DNA of 60,387 nt, filler included, from Basidiobolus ranarum (GCA_040143965.1; 3 parts of 3 records of this genome joined end to end with filler, not necessarily neighbours in it); one strand, 5' to 3'; positions 1-13,131 are shown, numbered from the whole stretch's first letter. The notes: generated from the letters alone by a model not told the origin. Numbers and translations: made by a program.

Positions 1-19
1 GTTATTTCTAAAGTGCGCT

Positions 20-660
20 TAATACGGAGCTTTGTTACCATACAGTTGCAGATAATTCACTGAGTTAACCGGCTCCCACTTGCTCGACAAATGACTCTTC
101 GGTTTCTGTCCATTGTAACCACGTACTGTACTTATCAGTATACAAGTGGTGGCAGAGATTCGGGAAATATATGCAAAACGATAATTGTTCAAACCCTTGA
201 GGAAATAAATATAAAGATTGTTAAGCGCCGCCAATGGCGATCTATAAAAGCAAGTATGGATTATGCTTAATCCAGTAATTTGCAATAGGGCTTATATACA
301 GCAGAAATAGAATAAGCAATGTTCTGTATCATCGTCCAATTATGGTCTCAAAGTTTTATTGAAAAATAATGACTTGATCAACCAAGACTATGTATATATA
401 CATAGACGATGACAATCCAAGTGAATTCCCATTGGTAAGTGATTGAAGACAACTGAAGGTATTTAGAAAAATACAAAGCTCTCTGATTGTATATGGTATT
501 GACGTTTAAGACATTGATGGAAATGATAAGCGTACAATCAAGGCATACGTCAGGAGGGTAAAAAACATCGATAAAGTATAAAGTCTGACTATTTCCTCAC
601 ACTTTCGAGCAATAAGTAATATTTACAAAGCCTCTAGAACCCAACATAAAGATATTGCAA
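20..660 (+). mobile_element. Degenerate Ty1/Copia pol remnant (end of RT and RNase H)
   Basis: Frameshifted motifs appear in Copia order: LIRSF (cf. LIGSL), KQCSVSSS at ~314-337 (cf. KKQxxVAxSS), KRT at ~528, and EQ*VIFTKPL at ~607-636 (cf. EQLADIFTKPL). They are followed by PPT-like TTAAGGGCCA|TGTTG at ~677-691. Confidence 0.55.
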
Positions 661-1119
661 AAAAGTAATGGACTGCTTAAGGGCCATGTTGATGCTTTAT
701 GGTGCCTCTGAGTCTATGGAAGTGCCATAAAGAGCATGGTCAGTCGAAAAGATTACCTCTATGTGTATGTTGATATATTATAGTTGCGCACTTATACATT
801 CAAACTCATCATAAACTCCCCAACTTTCATAGTACCATAAAAACACAGCATTGCTGTGAGAATACTTTATTTGCAAAGTAGGTATAAGTTAGTTATTTTT
901 AATATTTGAAGTAATATGGGTCTATTTTGAGTCATGAGTATTGATACAGCATTTTATTCTTTTGCCAGAACATGGTAAAAATGGAGAAGCATGTGCAAAT
1001 CAGTCCAGAAGTATAGTGCAAATTTCCAATAATCCAACAATATTGAATCATTTCCTTCACCACATATTTCCCAGTCATATTCAAGATATATGTTATATAG
1101 CAACAATAATAGTCAAACT

Positions 1120-1444
1120 TGTTGAAATTAGCATTGCCTAAGCAACTATATAGTTATATATAGCTTAGTACTTAGTTATCCTATATTGAGCTAAGAGATC
1201 TCTCACTATTCTCAAGAGGAATTTGCTTAACAGTTTCAGATATATGAATTTTTCAAACTTGTGCTAGAAGCCCCAAACTTTGAACACATGTTCCTGGGAC
1301 CTTCCTAAACACACTCTACACATAGTTTGCTTACATCTTGACAAAACTATAATTTCAACTTTCAATGCAATAAAGCAATAAGTGGAAACCACCAATTTTC
1401 TAATTCTCTGAACCACTTCCAACAGACTCCCAAATACTTTAACA
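1120..1444 (+). mobile_element. Solo LTR, family A copy 1
   Basis: Begins TGTTGAAATTAGCATTGCC and ends CTCCCAAATACTTTAACA (TG...CA with short terminal inverted repeat). Colinear with the copy at 4561-4884. Confidence 0.8.
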
Positions 1445-1495
1445 ATTACTAAGCTATATATGACTATAGATGTTTAGGCTATGCTATTTACAACA
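1445..1495 (-). mobile_element. Truncated 5' end of family A LTR
   Basis: Reverse complement reads TGTTGTAAATAGCATAGCCTAAACATCTATAGTCATATATAGCTTAGTAAT, matching the LTR 5' end. It directly abuts copy 1. Confidence 0.65.
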
Positions 1496-1804
1496 AATAA
1501 TGCCTGCAAAAATAGAACTTTTACTAAATTATGAAGGAAGAGGGTTACACTGAGGATGACAAATGTAAAGCTATATCTTAGATCGTCATAACAGCTAAAA
1601 TCAGGAATATTGAATTTGCTATGAATTTGAAATCTTGGAGCTACATTAATCTTGAAAACAATAGTTCCTAATGACTTGGTGTATATAGTGCCATTACACA
1701 TCTATACTATATTAAGCTATTACTTGTCAATTGGTGGTGTATAGGAAAATGGAAAAAATATGCTCTACTTTATCACTTTATTGAGTTTAATTAGGCCTAG
1801 TATC

Positions 1805-2154
1805 TGTTGAAGGATTTGGGAGCCTGTTAGAAGTGGTTTGGAGAATTAGAGAAATTGGTGGTTTTCACTTATTGATTTATTTAGTAGAAAGTTGACATTT
1901 ATAGTTTTGTCCCGATGTAGACAAGCTAATGTGTAGAATGTGCTGAAAAAGGTCCTGGAAACATGTGTGCATAGTTTGGGGCTTCTAACACAAGTTTGAA
2001 AAATCTATATATCTGACAACTTCCAAGTTGGTAAAAATATAATATAAGTAAATTCCTCATGAGAATAATGGGTAATATCTTGGTTCAATATAAGATAACG
2101 AAGTACTAAGCTATATATGACTATATAGGTGCTAAGGCAATGCTAATTTCAACA
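1805..2154 (-). mobile_element. Solo LTR, family A copy 2 (inverted)
   Basis: Full-length reverse-complement match (TGTTGAAGGATTTGGGAG...GGCAATGCTAATTTCAACA on +). Flanks are GTATC and ATTTC. Confidence 0.8.
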
Positions 2155-4560
2155 ATTTCAGCAGTTATCCCTTAATAATAATTAAACTTTTGTGGGTACA
2201 TTTTTGTTTGTAAAGAATCTAATTTCTTGCTGCTCCAATATGCTCCTGAAAATCAAGCAACATTCAGAGTACATAGTATATTCCTGATTCTTCTTTTCAC
2301 AGTAACAACTATCTCTGGGCTTCAATGAAGCCTACAAAGAAGATTAGGTAAAAGCCTGAGAAAATTCACTTTTGGAAAACTATATTCCTAGAAACATCGT
2401 GCATATAATACCCATACTTAATAATCAAAATACAAAGCCCATCATTTGGATACTTCTATTTCAGTGATAATATTTGATGAAGAAAAACTACTTTAAATTT
2501 GGTAAACTCTCAGTAAAACCCAGCTATATTAATCCAAAGTTACTTGAACATATCGAAAATTTGAAGAACCATTGAGTTGAATAATATATAGCAAGAATAA
2601 AAGATTGGTTCAAATCTCATAACCAAGTAGGATAAATTTAGGATTTGTAGAGTAAATAGTTGGATGGATCATTTCGAAACCAGTATACATAAATGCACGT
2701 ATTAAATCGGATGAATTGACAATTTTTTCTAAGCAAATGATCAACTTATTACAATGTAATAATTCATCAGCAAGTTCCAAGATTCCCATAATACTTTCTT
2801 GGAATTCATTTCCCCCCCCAATATTCGTAAACAGGAGGTTTAAGAAACATACTACCCGTTAAAATAAATCCTACCCATTGGCAAACTGAACGGTCAGCTA
2901 GTTTCCCTGAAGAGAGTCCCAACACTGCTGATATATTCGGAAGTGAACTCGAGGATTGTATTAATAAATCGGCCGCAAAGTTCGAGGCACTTACCAGACT
3001 CCGATCCAACTCCAAAAACTCCTCACCACCACCACCACCCGTTTCCACCATTGAAGGAACGTCAAAAATACCACGTGGCCTTTTTACCCATGGTATAGTA
3101 ATAGTTTTCTTTACGATTCGAAGAAGCGCGATACAAAGTACAAATAGCAAGGCAGCTTCTACTTGATTCGTAGAAAACATCTTCAGGTATATTTTGACTC
3201 GTATCCTGAGTTGACACTAACATCTCAGAACTTATATTATAAGTAACCATTACGGAGTTCGATTAAAGGTTGAAAAACGAGTGCACAGCCCGAGGAAGAC
3301 TGTAGTGGGTAGTTTCGTTTGGTCGTAGGGATACTAAACACTATCACTACTGCTTTTGGAAAGCTTTGGTTTAGAGCCCTTGCTGTAGATGGAAGAGGAG
3401 GAGAAAAGAAGTATCACCAAAAACTGTGCCAGCGCGCCTTTCAATAAGTTGATAATCCTGTTCTGGATTACCAAAAAGTGTAAAATAGAGGGTTGAACCT
3501 GGTAACTGGTTGATCAGAGAAGTCGGTAATGGATTTCGAAAATATTTAAAGGAGAAAGTCGAGTATTGTCAAACCAAGTTCTTATAGAGCGGAGTATACT
3601 ATGGGCTATGGGAATTTCGTGAACGAGAAAGCAATGAAGATGTGTGAATGATGTAGATAGCCTATAATGCGGAATGCCCTACTACCTAAATTTATAAAAG
3701 TGCATTAACAAAGAAAGCCGATGTTTTCCTTAGACTCCGAAAAGCATGCCATGTAGCATGGCCTAATCATAATTAATATCCTCAAGCTTATTGTCTGATG
3801 CGTTTGAACATATTTATTGCACTTTGTCTCAGTTAGATCTTTAATCCCATCATACAAACCAAGCCTCTTGATTGGCTTACGGAATACATCCAGCTTTGTG
3901 GCTATTTTAATCTAGTGACGAGCTAGTGGTTGAGAGACATTCGTAAAGACCTAGCCAAGAGGCAGCATCTGTGGCGAAGCAATGTCTATTGTAGTACATA
4001 ACCAACACTCAATAAAACCATCCAGCTCTATCCAGTTATTCGATCAACCTCTCGACAAAGACGTATCCTAGCGAGAGTGATGGAGAAGACATCTCTAACG
4101 GCTGTTCGACATTCAAAACATTGCTGAATATCAAGAAGCGCGATGTGTCCCACCGCAACTGAAACCCACCAGATCTTGGTCTCTATTTGGGTTGGTCACA
4201 ACCACTACGATCCCGGAGTTGAATGCGAGTTAGCCTTTGCTGCTCCAAATAGCGTATCTTGCTCTCTTGAATAGGTTGTCACTTAAATCACGAGCTCATT
4301 TATTCAACTGGAAAAACCTCGCTGTATTCGGGGACCATATGAAACAGGGTGCCGAGCAATATGGCAGGCATATGCTCAACAGCATCCCACATGACCATGT
4401 ATGTTTGTCAACATCTACTTTTGACAGATTTATAGAAAGCCACCAATCATAAGTATATGAATTGATACCATGAATGTTCTAGGAAGTCCTGCCTTTGGCT
4501 GCCAATATTGTTGACAACAATCCTTAGCTACTTAGATCATACTGGAAACCATCCTGTATC

Positions 4561-4884
4561 TGTTGAAATTAGCATTACCTAAACACCTATAAAGTCATAT
4601 ATAGTTTAGTACTTAGTTATCTTATAATTTACTGAGATATTATCCATTATTCTCATAAGGAATTTACTTAGAATATTTTTACCAACTTAGAAGTTCTCAG
4701 ATATATAGATTTTTCAAAGAAGCCCCACACTTTGCATACATGTTCCTGGGACCTTCCTTAACACATTCTACACGTTAGTTTGTTTACATCTTGACAAAAG
4801 TATAAATGTCAACTCAATAAGTGAAAACCACACATTTCTCTAATTCTCCAAACCACTTCCAACAGGCTCCCAAATACTTTAACA
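4561..4884 (+). mobile_element. Solo LTR, family A copy 3 with perfect 5-bp TSD GTATC
   Basis: Reads GTATC|TGTTGAAATTAGC...CAAATACTTTAACA|GTATC (TSD at 4556-4560 and 4885-4889). Confidence 0.9.
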
Positions 4885-4889
4885 GTATC

Positions 4890-5900
4890 TTCATTTATAA
4901 ATCTCTTCCGGGTACCAGACCAATGGAGAAGCGTTTCTATATTGAGTGTGTAAAGTAGATACATACATGTCTCACCACTTGAGCCGCATTTACCTGTATT
5001 GTGAGAATATTTCAAAATTGAAGATTAGTGGATAGACCGCATCTTTATCTTCAACGGTCGAGGTACCAAGCGGGTACTCAACCTACAAGGCTAGATTCAT
5101 ACACTAATCGCTTCCAATGCCATGCGCAAAGTGGATGGATGCATCATCTGCACCAATTCCCTATATAGCTTCTCAAATGGAAATCTTGATGGCTCACAAG
5201 TGACTTATGATGAGCATTTAACACCAAGGGATTGGCAATATATCAGCTTCAAAAGTCTATTTGATGTGAATCTGAAATAGTTGCAGACGAAGTTTTAATA
5301 AGTGGATACAACAAGATTCTTTTATGCAACCATCCGCTACTACTCCAGTGATGCTACAAAGTCGTAGGCTTTAAAGTCAAATGATCCTTCAAAGTCTTTA
5401 TCTCAAGTCATAGCAATATAAATCTAATACATACCCTCTGTCTAGTAATGTGAGTGTATAGAGGAAACTAGTGTGGCATACCTAGGGGGAAACCAACATG
5501 CTAGTGTTGCAGCTTCAAACCCTATTTGCGTCCATAAATTCTCAAGTAGCAGGCTACTTTCATGTAAGGATACTGGGATTCTTCCCAATGCATTTTTATA
5601 TACCTTGCTACGTGACCAACCTGCATACAACCTAATCAGATGTAAATGGGCCATTACAGTTAATTATGAATAGGTTGTAGTTAATACAACTTGAGCTGTA
5701 TTTAGATAGATAAATACATGTACATATAATTGTATGTATGTGGAGTTATTTTCCAAGTCTGATTGTTGCTTCTAATCTGGAATGTATCCAAAGATTTGTA
5801 TATTGTAACCTCACCACACTTTACTGGCATGAAGGGCTGTAAGTTACGCAAGAGGTCATGGAATATACTTTCGGCAACCATTTGTTTAGGGCGATATAGC
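4890..5900 (+). mobile_element. Highly degenerate Ty3/Gypsy pol remnant
   Basis: Frameshifted motifs in order: SFINL/SGYQ at ~4890-4920 (cf. FSxIDLxSGYxQ), AAFTC...IFQ at ~4983 (cf. KTAF), VDGCII at ~5130 (cf. YxDDI), GETN at ~5488, HFYW...EVMEY at ~5817. Confidence 0.4.
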
Positions 5901-6180
5901 ACGTAAAAATAAGTAGCATCCGTGGAATGCACATACACAAACTAACCATGGTACCCTTCACTTTTATGAAATTTTATTGAATAAACTACTTAGTGAGTTA
6001 TTGATTTACATTGAATTATCGGTCAACTCAAGAGACTGATGCAAAATACCAGAAACTTGAAGTAATTTGCGAAATGGTTAGGTAACTAAATGAATGGGTA
6101 AATATATGGCTACATAGCCAAATGAATGGAACAATTGAAGTTATGTGGTTCTATTAGTGATGTGGATATCGTGGGGGAAT

Positions 6181-7761
6181 TTACAAGGCAGCAGAAGCGG
6201 ACTTGGGTTCTTCCTTGGTATCAAAGAGATCCTTGATGTTCTCGGTACTCAAAGACTTGGGACGTTCAATGGACATGCCCAAGGCACGATCCCAAATAAG
6301 TTGAGAAAGGACACCGAGACCACGGGAAACACCGAAGAGAACAGTGTAGAAGTCCTGTTCAACAAGACCGTAATGTTGGAGGAGAACACCGGAGTGAGCA
6401 TCAACATTAGGCCATGGGTTCTTGGTCTTACCGTGTTCAGTGAGAACATCGGGAACAATCTTGTACAATTGGCTGACAAGCTTGAACATAGGATCAGTAG
6501 GTAAATGCTTCAAGGCAAACTCACGTTGGCAAGCATAACGAGGATCAGTTTTACGAAGAACAGCATGTCCGTAACCTGGGACAACACGTCCAGATTTGAG
6601 GGTCTTCCAGACGTACTCCTTGATGGTTTCATCAGAAACATCAGCAGAACCGAGCTCATCGCGCATCTCCATGATCCAGCGTAAAACTTCTTGGTTGGCA
6701 AGACCGTGAAGGGGACCAGCGAGACCGTTAAGGCCAGAGGCGAAGGAAAGGTAAGGATCAGAAAGAGCGGAACCAACCAAGTGAGTGGTGTGGGCGCTTA
6801 CGTTACCACCTTCATGATCAGTATGAATGGTCAAGTACAAACGCATCAATTCAACGAATTGCTTGTTATCCTTGAAGCCCAATACACTGGCCATGTTGTG
6901 ACCGTAATCAGTGTTGGGGTTAAGGGCAGGGAGTTTACCATCCTTGAAGACATTTTGGTAAATACGACCAGCAATGTTGGGGAGCTTGGCGATCAAATCC
7001 ATGGAATCCTCATAGGTGTATTCCCAGTACTTGGACTTGTGGATACCTTGATGGTAAGCCTTGGCGAAAGCGGATTCGCTTTGGAGAGCAGTGACAGCCA
7101 TGGAGAATTGAGTCATAGGATGAACATGCTTGGGGCAACGATCCAAAAGATCTTCAACAAACTTGGGAATGTCAGCACGGGCAGCCCATTCAGCAGAAAG
7201 TTTGTTAACTTGCTCTTGGGTAGGAATCTCACCAGTAACCAAAAGCCAGAAAAGACCTTCAGGGAGAGGCTCTTGACCACCTGGGGCAGTTGGTAGCTTC
7301 TGTTGGCACTCAGGAATGGTCATACCACGGAAACGAATACCCTCTTCAGGATCCAAAACGGAACCTTCCCAGATAAGGCCCTTGATTCCTCTCATACAAC
7401 CATAAATCATATCAACGGTGACATTACCCAAAACCTTGGAACCATGTTCTTTCTTAATTCTTTTGACTTCTTCTTGCTTTTGAGGAATAAGTTCAGCAAG
7501 ACGCTCTTTCAAACCCTATGGAATCAGACTCAGGTTAGCTTGGAATATGTATACGAGATATCAAATGATAATATTTACAGAGGAAGCAACGGAAGGAGTA
7601 GAGTAACAACGAACGATTCCAACAGTGGTGGCAGCCAACTGACGACGAGCAGAAAGCTAAGGGGAAAAAGAAATGAGAGTAAGTACACAGCTCATCATAC
7701 AATTTATATTGTGACAGGTATGAACCTTGAGGAAAGAGGTGGAAGAGCGGAGAAGAGACAT
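6181..7761 (-). CDS. CIT1: Citrate synthase, mitochondrial (exons 7761-7726, 7656-7579, 7515-6181)
   Basis: Contains [39 protein letters not shown] and [10 protein letters not shown]. Two GT-AG introns join an Arg/Ser-rich presequence ([32 protein letters not shown]). Confidence 0.97.
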
Positions 7762-8899
7762 GATGAATTAAGCAAAAACCCTTGAGAGTAGTTTCTTGAA
7801 CATTCAGCAATGATATCCATCGACTTTTATATTCTCTTCGCAGTGGCCCACCTTTTTTTTTTGGTCGATTGCTGAATGCATAGTTTTCAGTAAGTTTGTA
7901 TATTTATTTTATTATTGCCAAAGCTGGGGTGATCTACTCTCCAATGGCAAAATCTTACATTGCCCCAATCATATTGGTTTGTTTATTTTAAATTATACTT
8001 ATCCTTATCGAATCATTGTCGTGGTTGAGAACCGAACTGAACCTTCTATTGGAGCGTGCCAGCATTTCTCAGTTCACCATGAAAGAAAAAGCTTCGGGAT
8101 AGCGTAACCTCATATGTATCAGGAAGTTGACTTCCGAGATTAGCATATTGGTCAGCCTAAGAGGAAGTGACCAGTGATTCTGTGTAACTAAACAAGTGTG
8201 TAATCGCGCAATCATCTTCTTTACAACACCCCACCCAAAAGTGATTCGTTTGAGCCTTTTCAGAAATTACTTCGATTTCAAGTATATTTCCTCGCCTAAT
8301 TGACTTGGCTGTCTTCATCGCTGTAGTAGAGTTTAAATGATAAGCTACTGTGCTCTGCTAAACATGCTTGTTCTCTTGAGCTGCAATGCCCAATATTGAT
8401 AGTATGATGGATATGCTATTTGAAAGTCCTGGTTCCTCTGTACGATCAAGATGATCGATTAATCGATCACCTCAGTAATGTAAACTTCAGGATCAACCTT
8501 ATCTGATTTCATTTACACCCTAACTGTCCAGTTTAATCGTACAAGATAGGATTGAATGGCTGGGCAACGCTCACACATCCCTAGCAACACTTGGTGTTTC
8601 GTAACGCGCGCACACAAACACTGACATTGGAGGTGTATGCCGCCTGTCAAGGCTGCTCAAGAGTCCACCTGGAGCCACGCCTCTATTGGAGAGAAGATTT
8701 CCTTCCAACGCGGCTGCGGCAGTGTGTTACTACGATCCCTAACTCGGATGCCGCTCGGTACAAGAATGAAGCTTCTCCCTCCCACAAAGCCATTTTCAAA
8801 TCAATATCGGAGTCCAAATGATACCACATTGCATATTTGTCTAACTTCCGAAAGTCCGTATCGGACCTTGCCAACACCTGTCAAAGCTTTTAATGACCT

Positions 8900-10800
8900 C
8901 AGCTCTATCGACCATTGATAATCCCCTTTTTGGCAATCTCGACGTTATCAAGTGTGGGGAGCTTCCAAATTGTGCATTGATCCTTAAACATTTAGCAAGC
9001 GCCAATCGGAGCGCCGTGTTGACACCAAGCAATTACTCGTGATAGTTTGGTGTGTTTAGTCAGCTTCAAACTGCGCTTAATTAAATGTCTTGCGCTTAGG
9101 TTCCATTCACGAACAATCAGTTGACAACCTTGAGCAAAGGTCCAGGTAGCCCTCATTACCATGCTTGGATGCGGCAGTTTGGAGTGGGAGTTTGCGACCA
9201 TGTGAAAATACCTGTACCTGTTGACCAGGTGACAGATTTATCCGAGCATGGAGTACACTGCTAGGACATTTCTCATAGAAATCCCGAGGTTCTCACGTGT
9301 TAAATGATAATGTGCGTTTAGGCACCATTTGATCAGGGTTAGGGTTGAAACTTCCTCCGACCCTCCATTCAGCAGTGCCGAATCATTTATTCCCATGTCA
9401 TTCCTTGGATTACAGTATCTAAGCTCCAACCAATTAAATCCCAATAAGTCTCTGACAGTTAATTTTGCACTAATTTTGATAGAAGTGACAGGGAGATCCT
9501 TAGTATTGTAATGATTAAATTTTCAGTAGTGAAGTACATAATCCGACATTCTACCAGTCAAGTATTGCATCAGAGAAGCTCTACCTACGGGAATTCTCCA
9601 AATCATCAGTAGTACTTGCGTGTGAACAAAACAACATCCCGGAGCATGTCAAACAGGATAAACGCGGTAATTGGGAGATGTTGTGCGTTGCTTTCCTTTT
9701 TGATTTGAGAAAGCTGGCGGATTTGTGAGCATACTGAACGAATACCGCACTGTCAGACCTTCGTAATGCATTATCTCGATTGAAGCATATCATATTAAAG
9801 CTTACCTAAACAAAAACCCTTGGAAATCACGGACTCGGTAACGGCCTCTTCATGACATCGTCTGCAACGTTCCTTCTAAACCATGTTATTTACTTTATAT
9901 ATATCTAGTGTTTGAAATGGATACCTATTGTAATGCAGTCCAGCGTGATGTTCATTCGTTTTTTGAAATATGAATTGGCTTAGTTTAATTCGGACATTAT
10001 ACTTATGTATTGACGATCTACTTTATACAAATTGGTAATGGTGAGCACTTGAGCTAGTTATTTGTGTCAGCTTGCGAAAGAATAGCATGATGATAAGTAT
10101 AAGCTTCGTGGGGATCATCAACAAGATAGGATTGAGATTTCTTTTCTTGTTTACTTTCCAAGGAATAATCAGCTGGGACTAAGCCTATATTCATCCGATC
10201 TTCTAACCTTAGTCACAATTAGATTGACCGTCAGCGCTCTGCTAGGTTCCTTATTTGATAGATCTTCAGTTCGTTTCTATACCTGTAGAAGTCCCTTAGG
10301 ACCTACTTTGTGCGAGTTAATATTAAAAACCTTTCCGAACAAATCTAGAGCTCATTATCTGCGAGATCAGATTGTCAAAGCAGAGTATATTGGGATGGTA
10401 TTTATTGGTATCGGAGGTTTCCGTGGGACATTGATGAGTGTCATGGTATTCCGAAATTCCCCGACGGACTTTTCCGGAGTAGGGCAGAATCACTTTTGAA
10501 ATGGAAAGTATTTAGATATCGTACTCCCAACGTTATTGGGCAGGGTGCATAAACGTGACATGGTAAACACCAATCACCGTGGCTACACTTCAACTTTTAA
10601 ACTAGTATTGTGGCTGAGGGAAAGCGCGATGTATTTACTAGCACTCACATTACGTTTATCTACAAGCAACCATTGTCTGATCTGGTATTATGAAAAGATG
10701 CTTGAGATAGGTGACCATCACTTGAGAGAGACCGCTCTTAGCCACACCCTCATCTTTACGAAAATCTCCAAATCTTACCGAAAGACATATGGTCATCTGC
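8900..10800 (-). mobile_element. Possible very degenerate non-LTR (L1/Tx1-like) retroelement remnant
   Basis: Scattered motif-like words occur in LINE order: GVA ~10745, HVYAP ~10550, VGEF ~10460, TDDL ~9605, KIN ~9460, LPKRGLSMVD ~8910-8935. Spacing is shorter than in an intact element and there are many stops. Confidence 0.22.
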
Positions 10801-11249
10801 CTCTTATACTGACAATGCAGAGGAGCAAGTGAAGATTTCAATTTAGGAATTTATCAAGATTCAGTCGAGGCCCTGAAGGCTCAGTACCAATGCCACAACC
10901 GTGGTTATTTTACCTGAGATAACGAATACAATAATGTATACATTCATTTGAGATGTTTTGGGTGGAACCCTTGATTATGCATGCAGGAGGAGCTTATTTA
11001 CCGGATAATAGGTCAACGGTTTATATTTTTGAAAATACTGCTCACATAGTGTATTTTAAAATATTCCCTTCTAATGTCAACTAAATTATGCTTTTAAAAT
11101 TATGTTTGTTATTCTAACCCTCTGACAAGCTTGAATTCCGGTTGTTAGAAACGTATGTTACTGAGTGATGGTTTGTCGTAAATGCATGAATTTTACAATG
11201 TACTATTCTTTATACAATGTTGACTTACATATTCGGGAACAGATCTAGT

Positions 11250-12450
11250 GTGTTTCAGAGACATTTATTTGTTGTAATTGTAATGAGTGTGAAATTAGGG
11301 AGGTTGCCATGGATCGGATATTTTTTACGTAGTATTTCAAAATCAAATGCTAATTCATAATTACGCATGATCCACTTGAACAACTTGATCACACCAAGGA
11401 AACTAAACTCCAGCTGTTGCAATAGTGTATATGGTTACTGCGATATATCTCAATCGCCTACACCTAGATCTACTTTGATATACAATCATCCTATTCGAGC
11501 TTTGCTAGTCCAGGAAAATCCTTGCAACTGTTTTAGCTGAGAGCTTGGAGGTGGAATAGGTAGGAATAGCAAGTTGCATGTTCAAATGCTATTATCAAAT
11601 CCGAAGTGCTATATTTTGGGGGATAGTGTTGTTATCTCGACTAAGTTGGGATCTAGTCCTATTTCTGGACCAGTATTATTAATGTAAAACAGGATGATGT
11701 GTCTTGTAAATAATAGGCAAAGAAATTACTTAAATACTTCTATTATACCTTTCCGTAGGATCAGTAGTAGCAGCTGTGGCAAATATCAACTTCTATCATA
11801 TCTCGCACAGTAATTGTTTTCATCTTAAGCTGACGTTCAACATTCAAAATTATGTCTGGAACTCATGAAGTTGGATAACCATCAATGTAGTATAAATGTT
11901 TCTAACACATGGACTAGTAAATTATAGTTGCCGAGATGTTTTAGTCGAGATCATTTAGGTTACAATGTCAAGCTAGAATGCGAAAGAAAGTACTGCTGTA
12001 ATTAGGATGAATCAGAAGTGCTTAGGATAGTTGGAAGGAATATGTTGTATAATGAAGAGATAAACGATCTACTCCATTGTTGAACATAAAGATGGGTATG
12101 CATTCTCGAGACTTTGACGGAGAAGGAATTGGTTGTAACGCTTTCTGTAGGTTAGTTTGTTTTGATCACCCACCTAAATAATTCAAGAAGTTTGTTTCAT
12201 TTTCTACTTTGGCCTCAAGAGACTGGTATTGATAATAATGTATAAATGGCCAAGAAATGTGATAGTAAAATGGAACTCAACCAGTAAATGGTCAAATATA
12301 TTTTCATAGTGGTATATTTGATTTGGATGTATAATATTCACACTGATACTAACACAGCCTTATTCACTAATTTGACAGATTCTTTAGGCTACAGACAGCT
12401 ATAGAGGCCTGGATTATTGAGGCTTCATAGTACAATTTAAAATCAAATGT
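11250..12450 (-). mobile_element. Degenerate Ty3/Gypsy pol remnant (RNase H and integrase)
   Basis: Motifs in correct order on the minus strand: FKLYYEAS...AV at ~12440 (cf. FxLxTDAS..GAVL), YQSL at ~12220 (cf. DHxSL), NGVDRLS at ~12075 (cf. NxxADxLS), LYY...VP...QLLCEI at ~11890-11800, AIPT...LSAKTVARIFLD at ~11570-11510, LKYYVKN at ~11340. Confidence 0.6.
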
Positions 12451-13131
12451 CTGGCTTATAAGTCCTATCATCTACATTTACATCAATAGAATTGTGACAA
12501 TTCACAGCAGGCCAAAGTAGGCTATCAAACTCCCAGTTAGTTGACTTCAAATCTTATTTGATCTTGTGCTTTATCTTGAAGGAACAATTCTCTACACTTA
12601 GTATTTACAGCACTGTTTACGAGTAGTTGTAGGGAAGAAATAGTAGACGAATATAACATATCATTGGGTTAAATCGAGAATTCGACATTTAAATCAAGCT
12701 ATCATCCTCTCCAGCCATTGCTCAAAATTCGAAATACCAATGACCAACAGCCACAAGCCAAGTTTCTTGAGTAGTTCAAGAGTACTAAATACCACAGTTA
12801 GAAAACATATATGTTTGATAATGCTTATAATTATGACCACTCAGTAAGGTTGCAATCAGTCGGAATCCGAAGCACTCCAACTTAAGGGAAAACACAATTA
12901 GAATAATGGTTTACTATGAGGCGATATCTTTTATATACATTCGACCACACTGCGGTTTGTATCAACTTCAATAGTAAACGGAGCAATGGGTTGTCGGTGT
13001 TCGATTTGTCGTAAAGAAATCCTAGTTTTTGACTATCAAGAATTATTATCGTCGTTTTTATTACAAAGAGAATAGAAATAAGAAGGCGACAAGCAAAAGC
13101 GTGTATTAAATAAAATATCACAAGTGTACAT

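Noticed and set aside
1120..2154. Interpretation as one MITE/foldback element with long TIRs
   Set aside because: Each arm is a complete unit that occurs alone elsewhere with its own TSD (4561-4884), and the outer flanks do not match.
2920..3170. Plus-strand stretch ADIFGSELEDCINKSAAKFEALTRL...PPPPP, reminiscent of DIRS-type gag
   Set aside because: No RT or tyrosine-recombinase motifs were found downstream, so it is too weak to call.
6145..7785. Long plus-strand ORFs (119, 201 and 160 aa) opposite citrate synthase
   Set aside because: Antisense shadows caused by the strong codon bias of a highly expressed gene; no recognisable motifs.
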